64,000 nucleotides of DNA. It comes from Octopus vulgaris. Lineage: Eukaryota. The notes under the pieces were generated by a model. That model worked only from the letters and a program-made list of their open reading frames with translations. It was not told the origin of the DNA and ran no database searches. How positions within the stretch are numbered: the stretch's first letter is position 1; each line of letters begins with the position of its first letter. Made by a program: the position numbers and the translations under genes. The stretch is from contig OX597816.1 of the NCBI GenBank assembly GCA_951406725.2, positions 153,264,001-153,328,000 of the forward strand. The letters are read 5' to 3'. Positions 53,684-64,000 of the stretch are shown piece after piece.

Positions 53684-54530
53684 TATAAAAATTATATATA
53701 AAAAGGGACAAGAACGTGAAATACACAAAGAGACGACACAAAAAACGGACGGGTCATTCGAAGCCTTTAATCTTCAGTCAGGAACCGGGTCATCATAGCA
53801 AATTTCGGCTGATTAATCCTGATATTGCTCCGAAACGGCCAGCCCCAAGGAAAAACTAAGCTGCGAGCATTAGATTTCTTGGAAAAAGGATCGAATGTAA
53901 ACGAAACAAGGACAGAAAAACGGACGAAGCCACACGAATAAAAATACAAAAAACAAAAATAAAATTAAAAACAAGAATGGTAATAACAGGACAACAGCAG
54001 GTGTCTTACGACTTTAGACAAATTTAACTTATCTAGCAGGCGTGTTTTGAAAAAATGCCTTTTCGGTGGACGAAGACAATGTTGAACCGGCAGCGGTCAC
54101 CAGCGGAATGGCTAGTTGATCAGCAGGTCACGTGAGAGTAGAGAGAGAGAGAGAAAGAGAGAGAAGGAATTAAAGAGGGTGGAAGGAAGAGGGGGGAAGA
54201 AACAGAGCGCGCATATATATATGTATATGATTGTCTGTTACAGCTCATAACACAAACGAGCTACATTGCTATATTTAACTATGAACTCAAGCAAACGCTT
54301 ATGTACTGCTTTTTTTAAATATTTCAAAAGCAGATTTAACAATATCCGCGTACAATATTTTATATAAATTTTGCATAAAAAATTAGTCATGATTGCTCCA
54401 GAAGAAAAAGGTACGTAACAAGAAAAAGGAGGAAGAAGCGATAAGTAGGAAAAAGGGAGGGTAGATAACACAGGAAAGAGAAAAAATATATGTAAGTGTA
54501 GTAAGAACGCTGAATATAAGCTCGAATGTT

Positions 54531-54607
<77 letters not shown>

Positions 54608-55009
54608 GAGAGAGAGAATGAGGGGTGGGGAGAAAAATAGAGATTAAGTGACTCGTAAGAATAAGGGAGAGGTAATCGCAGGCGGATTAGCAGACAAGCA
54701 TTTAGGTTGGAAAATGAGGAATAGAGAAGTGAAAAATGAAAGTAGAAGGAACAATAGCTTCAATATCTTATGATATTTGTTTTAGAAGAAATTCATATAT
54801 AAATATGCATAAGTACAGACGATATTTGTTTGTCATGGGCAATACAGACTACTACGTGGTTTCACAATTAACGACATTCCAACAAACACCATACTTCATA
54901 CCAGCCAAACTATATTACAGGCTAAAACAACTGACCACTGCCCCTTTTCTACGATATGGCAAATACCAGGTCCAACCGCAACGATCATAATAGTAATAAT
55001 CAGGGTGAT

Positions 55010-55612
55010 ATATCAGTGAACTATGCCCTAAAAAATTTTTTCAAGGAAAAATAACTGGCTTTGAAGTACTCTCTCAAAGTAGGTAAAATACCAACAGACA
55101 TGGTATTAAAAATTGTTAATGAAATTGGAGACGACTATTTAACACCTGTCTATATGCCTTGTCTACTACCGCAAAGCAATACATGAACGACACTCAAAAC
55201 GTAAATAAAACCAAAACAACGAAGAAAGTGCCATCATCAGTTTTTGAAGATAGAAAAAAAGATAGCTGATTTACGGAAGACTATCAGCCATGTTATGATA
55301 CTTATTGCTTGAAAGCAAGCAAATCCCTAACAAAAAGTGAAAAGGAGAAAGAAACGATGTTTGGGGTTAGCAAATTAAAAAAAATGAGAACATTCATGTA
55401 CAAACTTATCACCCTCAAACAGGAGATAAAAGTTGTCATTGAGAAACTCCATCATCTGAAGAGAATAACAGAAAGAAAAAACAATAAACAAAAAATTTAA
55501 CCCGAACCAGGCAGCAGTGTCAAGAGGCATGAGAGGAGAAGCAGAAGACATCATAGAAGCTCCTTCACGAGAAGACATAGACTCCTTTTGGAGGAAAATC
55601 TGGTGTGAAGAG
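55010..55612 (+). mobile_element. Internal fragment of R4/Dong-like LINE ORF (pre-RT region)
   Basis: KLITLKQEIKVV...HLKR followed by APSREDIDSFWRKIW, analogous to 17591-17926. Confidence 0.5.
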
Positions 55613-55749
55613 ATTACTTCTGCATTACACTCAAGACATATAGCATTGATAGAGACATCCCACTAACTGTTCTACCTGTATATAAGTATAAACTGTGGGT
55701 ATGGGTGTATGATTACCTACTACGTATACTTTCTATTTAGTACTGGGGA

Positions 55750-56815
55750 CGTTTCTTTATGAGGACGTACTCCTGTATTTGTCTGAGGGCTGGTTCCTTT
55801 GGGTGCTTGGATAAAATGCAGATGTCAAGTTGTCCTAGATTGCCTCCATGTTGGTAGCATATGGAGGACTGTTTTTGTCGTCATATTGTCTCAAATATTC
55901 GTTTAGTCTTTCCGCAATGCTCCTAGATATCTTCCCTGTGAATGTCATGTTAATGTCTTTACAAGCATCTTCTATGCATCTTATACTGTAGACTACATTT
56001 CTAGTTCTACAGTTAATGCCAGAGCTAATCCTACTTACCATGCGGTTATCATTGGTGCATAGGGTATTCTCAAGAGAGTACGTCCTACATAGTTGTGGTC
56101 TGATGGAGTTCCCTGGTTTTTCAACAATCTTAATATTCAGTTTGGTCTCCTTCAGAGCTTTCTTAAATCTACGGCCTAGTTCTCCATAGGATGTGGCCTT
56201 TACAAGTAGCACACCTAGATATTTGTCGGTTTTATACCACGTGTTCACCCTGTTTGCTTTGTCACAAGCTCTTTGTTTCCTATTCCAGTCATTGCTTCTA
56301 TATCTAGGGCAAGTACTACTGGTTTCATTACATATGATGTTATATAACTTCTTTCTAGCACCCCCGTATACTCGAACCCTATCTTCCTGATCACATCCAG
56401 AGAATTGCATGCGGTGCATGAAGTTCTGTACGTTTCTTCGTTTCATAGGGTTCGTATAGTGGGGACGCGTTGTTCATTATCCTAACTAAGTATTCTATCA
56501 GTATGTTAATTTTCATGTTGTGTGACAAAGCTGAGTTCTTGTGAACAACATATTTCGAAGCTATAGGCTTTATGTAACAGGAGTGAAGGAGCTGCACTCA
56601 GTTGTTTACAGTCTCTAACCAAAGTTCAGTGTCAAGGACGGGGAATCTATTGTTGGGGTGCCTAGTGGTGTAATCTATAGTTACCTTTATACTTTAGTGG
56701 ATGGAGTTAGCTACTTGCTGGATATTCTCCATTATGTTCTTCTCAGTTTCTACATTACCGTTACTAGAGTTGGTCTTAACTAGGATATTAATGTCGTCTA
56801 TACACCGGCTGTATC
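55750..56815 (-). mobile_element. Penelope-like element remnant (RT C-terminus plus GIY-YIG endonuclease)
   Basis: RCIDDI (YxDD remnant) near 56790; YIKPIASKYVVHKNSAL; CRTRNVVYSIRC...C...FTGKISRSIAERLNEY. Confidence 0.75.
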
Positions 56816-57149
56816 TTCCAATTAGGCATGAACAGTAGAATCATATGCACATAGTTGTTCAATATAGTGATAGACAGCATATATCTCTGTACGGTGATAA
56901 TCACGTTCTCGCATACCTACCGATGCATGCACACACACACACACACACACACACAAATGTGCGTATGTGTCTTTTGTATGTATGCATATATGTATGTATG
57001 TACGTATTATGTATGTATATCATTATTCAGGTTTATTTCAAGATTGCTTGCCAATTGAGAAAGAGCCAGTTTCTAACCTAGTGAAATTTCAACATTATTA
57101 ACTGGGTATTTTTGCATGTATGTGTGCATGTGTGCAGTATTTGAAGTCA

Positions 57150-58330
57150 GTGCATGTGCAAATCTCTCCGATTTTATTGTGTGAAAAGTAGTGGAAGGTT
57201 TTATGTCTGAAGGTCGCTTGTTCTATCGGTTATCGTTGCTTAAGGCAGAACACATGATCGGATCAGTTGTAGATTTATGGATGGCAGAGTTTGTTCTTGT
57301 GATATTGCGGTATATATTACATAAGCCTGGCACAAAATGACTTTTTGAGTGTTACCTTGTGGGAACTGATATTTTCCACTTCGATATTGGAAATTAGACA
57401 ATACTCCATGCTTTCATTGTTAAGAGATGCCATAGTTGGTTTCAGGTTCTAAAACTTTTCAGTTACACAAAGTTTAAAATTCCACGGCCTGTTAAATTAT
57501 TTGGTAGCTTATCAATGATGTTCCATGTTACTGGAAGGCATGCCAGTCTCTGGTTTCTGTGTTTCCTGATAAATTGTGACCGAATGTAGAAATTTCCTTG
57601 TTCTCATATGATTAAATGAAAATATGGAAAACGATCCTTGAAAGTGCTCATACATATTGTTCAGAGTTGCTGTGGTTGACAGGAATATGATTTTTGTTTT
57701 CGTTTAAAGAGGCAGCATCTTATGGGATGAGAGGTAAATGTATTTCAACAGTTAAAAAGTAGCAGATGAAATTGAGACCGTTTCTGGTTGTAGTATTTGC
57801 TACGGGCGGCTATGTTGTCCACATATGTAATGTTGATCTTAACATTACCATGGACTTTTAAATTAATAATATGTTGTCATGTATTGCGATGTGATGCATG
57901 AAACTTATATTGTTAGTTGGGGCACTAGTTTCTACGCTTCGGTAATTATATTGTTATTCTTGGGAGAGCTGGTGGTATATATTTTCATGTTGTTGTTAAA
58001 TGGTTGGCATATGGTGGGGCTTTGTTCGTATATGTTCTTTGTTTCGATTACACGTATATCCGCGCTCGGTGGACCCTCAGTGGATGTTACTCCTTTCCTC
58101 AAATAGAGAAGGTTGGATTTAAAATGTTCAAGCTGAAGAAGTGGTCACTATGTTAAAATGTTAGTCTCTGCAATGTTTGACTTGGTAAATTATGTTGATC
58201 ACACAGTAATAATTGTATCCCTGCGTGAATAACAAAGTTTCCGAAGTAGTATGGTATGTGCGCGTGCCTAAAAAATGATGCCTTGTTAGAGTGAAGAAAT
58301 TTCTAGACCTCTTCGTAGTGACTTCCAGAT
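57150..58330 (-). mobile_element. Possible second, highly decayed Penelope-like remnant
   Basis: Microsatellite-free block with only weak hints (VIYTAI, PFNNNMK). Confidence 0.25.
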
Positions 58331-59480
58331 TGTGTAGCAGATTAAATTACTTACTCCTTTCTTTTACTGAGTTACGTGGTACCCTATCCCTGTAAGCTAT
58401 TGTTTTCTTTTTTTTTTTTATGAAAACTATCCTAGCTACCGAATCAATATTCTAATGACTGCATTATTAAATATATTTCTGTCCGACGGTAGATTAGGGA
58501 CTTTTCTGCAACAAATCCAATTACGTGACCAGACTCAATCAGTGAGAATCGACTTTACAAGTGCCCTACGAACATAACGCCTGCCACAATTTTCCAGTTA
58601 TTTGCAGTATTGTATGGAAGATCACACGCATACACATCACGTGCCTGGGTTCAACATTTTTTTTATTTCTTTTCCTATAATTCGTCTTTTATGCTTAACG
58701 TCCATTAACCTTTTAAAACCTTCATGGTCTCATCATCTGACTCATAATAATTGGAGTACCGGAGAGCTGTTCGTGCGCTATGCGTGAACAGCTCTCCAGT
58801 ACTGAAAGGAACACGGGAATACCGTTGTACTTGATAATATCATTAACTTCATATATAGAATTACTTAACACGTAATTTCTAGCAAATTTCGTTATTTTAT
58901 GTTTATAGTATCTCTATACTTGATTTTTTGTTTCTACTTGCAGTAAATAAAGCTTCTATTGTTAATTTCGAGGTGTTTTTATTAATTCTATACAGGCTGA
59001 TTTTATTCTATTTAATTTGGCTTCGTGTCCTATTTTATAATGTATTGGAATAGCTTTTGTGGTGAATGTATGGTCAACTGACGTAATTGCGTGTCAGATG
59101 TAATAATTTTATTCATCAAGATTACAATTACATGCTTAAATTAAAATTTGCAAAGCGCATAAGTTGCGTGAAGTATGTTCCGTGATTTGCAAGTTTGTGA
59201 TTCGTTGTTCATGAAAATGCTTTTTCTTTTGTTTTTGAAATATGTTGTAATTATATTTGTAGCTGGATATGATACATATTGTGGTCTACTTTATGAGTGT
59301 TGTGGTCTGCTTTATAAGTGTTTCCATGATGTAGACGTCACTAGAAATGTGAAAGGATTTTACAAATAAGATTAAACATGAACTTAGTCTGTAAGCGACA
59401 TATTTGAGAAAAAAGCTGTTCTACACATATATACAGATACCCACGCATAGTACACACAGACACACAGTTACATATACGTA

Positions 59481-59995
<515 letters not shown>

Positions 59996-60108
59996 TATAT
60001 GTATATATATATATATTTTAATGTACTTATATATGAATAATATATGGCGTGTGCGAGAACACCGGCGATAATAATTAATTTTATTGTATCGCATTTGACT
60101 TTGTTTAC

Positions 60109-60145
<37 letters not shown>

Positions 60146-60155
60146 CATACATACA

Positions 60156-60235
<80 letters not shown>

Positions 60236-60925
60236 AAATGAAATAAAATTCAGAACAAAAAGGATGTACACATGCTTCGAGCTTTATAAAACAACTTATT
60301 CTTACATCAATGTATAATCGACATAACAGATAGTTTAAAGCCCTCTTCAACCGCATGCAATTGCTACACCAAAGACTTGTATCACATTATGAAAGGTCTG
60401 AGAAAGAACATTTGGTATTATTTATAATGGTAGGTAAAATGAGTATCACTGATATAGTATGTTTGTAAATCTTCATAATCAAATAGGTGTACAGGGTATT
60501 ATTGGATTACAAAAATCCGTCCATACCGTTTTCTCACTCAATATAGAGTGAATACTGGGTAGATTCCGGTTGGGTTCAATCCTCTTGTAAGGGAAGGAAA
60601 TAAGGAGGATTGGATGTCTTTCGTAATGTGATACAAGTCTTTGGTGTAGTATTCTTTCTTTGATCAGTGTTAGTTTCTTGTACTGCAACAAGGACCTTTT
60701 TCCATATTATGTGTGTTTATATTCAGTATTGCTTTATTGATAGTCGTGATGAGGAGACTGTGGTATTTTCATTTGATAATCTTTTTTTCTTTCTGTTCAT
60801 ATGATACGTCATGTTGACTCATGCAACAATTCCACAATTTAGCGAAACGATGGTAACTTATTGATAAGCATGATACTGCCATCTTTGTTTCTTTGATCAT
60901 TATATGTGTGTGTGTGCGTGTGTAA

Positions 60926-60970
<45 letters not shown>

Positions 60971-61024
60971 AATTTTAACGCATTTGCCAAGAATCCTACA
61001 AGTGACAGAGGTAATGCATGCATA

Positions 61025-61238
61025 AGAGGGTGCTGAAAATTTCCTGACTTTGGGTAAAAGAAACTACAGGAGGATCAGTTTATTGTGATATTACTCAACG
61101 TATTTCCCTCTCATATTCACACACTTATTGCAGCAGTCCTTCAGTTTTTCTAATCCCTGTAAAAGAACTCTGAAGGTTGACCCTCCAGCCAGGTCTTTCG
61201 TGGCATCCTTAAAGCCAGCAAGTTTTCAGCACCCCCTT
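61025..61238. mobile_element. Mariner-like MITE
   Basis: Imperfect TIRs gggtgctgaaaatttcctgacttt / aaagccagcaagttttcagcaccc. Preceded by TA; non-coding. Confidence 0.65.
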
Positions 61239-61379
61239 TTAACGGAGGAACAAAGCGAACTCCACAAATATTATCTTTTCTCACCGAGAAGGTAGTCGAA
61301 TCACTCTGTGGGAATTGGTTCCAACTCCTAATGAGTTAGAGAGGATAATCTCAAAAATCAAATTTATTTCCATAATTCA

Positions 61380-61820
61380 TAGGCGCAGCCGTGGCTCTGT
61401 GGAAAGAAGTTTGTTTCCCAACTCTATAGTTTCGAGTTTAGTCCCACTGTGTGGTACCTTAGGCAAATGTCTCCTCGAGCCGACCAATGCCTTGTGAGTG
61501 AATATGGTAAACTGAAAGAATATATATATATACACGACTCTCTGTGTGTGTGCGTGCGTGAGTGCGTGTATGCAGCGTGTATGTGTGTGTATTTGTGTCT
61601 GTGTTTGTTTCTCGGTACCACATGACAACTGGTGTTGGTGTGTTTACGTCCCTGTAACCTAGTGGTTCGGCAAAAGAAACTGACAGAATAAGTATCAGGC
61701 TTTACAAAAGAAAAAGAATGATAAGTGCTGGGGGTCGATTCGTTTGACTAAAATTCTTCAAGACGGTGCCACATCTTGGCCTCAGTCTAATGACTGAAGC
61801 AAGTGAAAGATAAAAGATTA
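61380..61820 (+). mobile_element. SINE family B copy (more diverged)
   Basis: agtcccactgtgtggtaccttaggcaaatgtc...gtgtttacgtccctgtaacctagtggttcggcaaaag...aatgactgaagcaagt. Confidence 0.8.
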
Positions 61821-62244
61821 AAGGTGCCATGAAAGAAAAGACAGATTATCTAAAGGCAAAAAGATAAACATCGACATGTGTTTCTGTCCCAGTCAGCCTA
61901 CCAATTGTCTAACCTTATCTTCAGCGGACATAGACATATTCAAAAAGAGAAAGACTAGAGCATTTTACGACCTGGGTAATTTGCATATATGAAACGAAAA
62001 TAAGCTAACAGAAATAAATCAGAGTAGCCAATCGTTTGTATTTCAACAACAAAGTCATAATTTCAATAAATCATCTTGATTTATAATCCTGTAAGTGACG
62101 ATGAAGATGATGATCATGATGATGACGACGACGACGTCGATGATGAAATTAGGATATTGATAATTAAGTTAGGATGTCTCACAGTACTTCAAGATTTATC
62201 AGGAAAACAAAACTCAATGAGAAATCAATTTATAGTTTACTCAT

Positions 62245-62302
<58 letters not shown>

Positions 62303-63239
62303 CCAATAAATTACTGAAGTGTGCTAACATTCTCAGCAAGGATGTGTAGATGACTGAGTCACCACGAATGTATTATTGTTATTTTGCTGATACTGAAAGC
62401 GTTGTCGACTCTGGAGAGATTTGAATTCGGAAATTAAATGTACGAAACTAGATGCTGTAAAACATTCGTAAATGAAGGACTCATCAGTTAGATAAATAAT
62501 AAATGTTCATATTAGTACAAGATAACAAACGCATAGGCAAACTTTACTAATTTTATTTTTTAAATATAGCGATATTACTGGTATTTTATTGGAACAGAGA
62601 AGACAAATGTCAGAATTGGCTTTCACGGAATTTGAGCAGAGAATAAGATGTTGTGTAATCATAATTAGGTTATCTAACTTCGATTTTCCAGTGTACAAAG
62701 CAATATATTATTAGGTTAGAGAAAAGAGATATTGCGATGTTTATAACATGTCAATGGAATTAACGAAAGGAAAATGGTATTCAACTGACAACTGAAACTG
62801 CATAGCGGCTATGGCTGAATCAAAATACATGTTCACTTCTCATTATGGATATGGATGGTACAACCGAAAGAGCACCGGACAAAATGATTTCATTTTATGT
62901 TTGTGATTTGAGCAATCAGAGTAAAACAAAATCCTACATAGTTTTAACATGGTCGTTGGGGAATAAAATGTTAACGCCGCTACTACTCCTATCACCACGG
63001 TCATCTCTGATGGTGATGAAGTCAACAACATCGGTCTTAACACCAGCAAACTTCATTAAAACAGCCACCTGTGCAACTACAACACTTACCATGTCCATAA
63101 GTTTCAAAGATCAACAGTAACAGAAGCAACAACGTTCGAACTACAATATTCACAACATTCATAACAACAATATTCATATCGTTCACAATATTCACAAGAA
63201 GTGCATTCACAATGACAGTCACAACAGTAATATTGGTTT

Positions 63240-63456
63240 AAAATGTTGGCACAAGGCCAACAATTTCAGAGGAAGAGGTAAGTCGATTATATCGCCCCGG
63301 TGTACAACTGGTACTTATTTTATACAAAATCCTACTTAATTTCAACATGGTTGTTAGGGAATAGAACCTCATTGGTATTTAAACTCAGAACGTTAAGTCG
63401 AAAGAAATACCGCTAAGCATTTTTCCGGTGCGGCAACGATTCTGCCAGCTTGCCAC
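63240..63456 (-). mobile_element. SINE family A copy with central segment replaced
   Basis: aactcagaacg...accgctaagcattt...aacgattctgccagct is the reverse complement of the family A head. Confidence 0.75.
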
Positions 63457-64000
63457 CTTATTCATAACAATAATGTTCGTTACTGTCATTTGTAGCAACA
63501 TTCACACTAAATTTGAATATAGGAGCACTCGATTAGGACTGACAATGAATTTAGTAACAACAATATTGATAACACCACCATTCATAAAAACACGTACAAC
63601 AGCACTTAACTACAGAAGCATTTACGCTAACAGCAACAACAGCAATAGCAGTAGCAACATTCACATGGAAAGCAGCACAATGGCACGAGTCAACAAGGCA
63701 ATCTTTAACATAGACGCTAGTGCTCATAGAAATAGTAACCGGATTTCCCATCACTCACATCCTATATATAATTTTAAATGAAAACTAGATGGTGTTTAAG
63801 ATTATAAGGACTTTATAGTATAGTATTAGATACATCATGATCCTGGAACAATGGAAGTCGGAATGGTCATGCTTAGACTACTCTGCCGTTATTATAACAG
63901 CAAGCACAGTGATAAGAACTATTTCTGCAAGAGCGACCGGCAACAGCGTCGAATACCACAGCAGCAGCAGTGGCTACATCATCAACAGAAACGGCAGCAA

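Noticed and set aside
53700-54130. pLTR-like repeat with ggcug...cagcc GAAA on the minus strand
   Set aside because: No CUGANGA in register; family cannot be assigned from sequence alone.

Overview
AT-rich, microsatellite-saturated eukaryotic non-coding DNA. The SINE families and repeat density suggest a coleoid cephalopod, probably Octopus (inference). I found no credible host protein-coding exon: nearly all listed ORFs are translated microsatellites, and the rest are decayed transposon pieces. These include R4/Dong-like RLE LINEs in (ATT)n tracts, Penelope-like elements (PLE; RT plus GIY-YIG), a mariner, a pogo/Tigger, a non-autonomous Helitron, and three tRNA-derived SINE families. The most notable signal is RNA-structural. 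At least seven sequence-unrelated families of type I hammerhead-ribozyme (HHR) motifs sit in short non-coding cassettes, usually next to or between (TA)n/(CA)n microsatellites and often folded back as long inverted repeats. One sits in a near-perfect 186-bp-arm palindrome and has a compensatory A3-U8 core. One inverted pair shows stem I covariation. A PLE-HHR link is already known. The fold-back cassettes and the core variants are the candidates for something undescribed. All folds were made by eye and need computational and biochemical confirmation.
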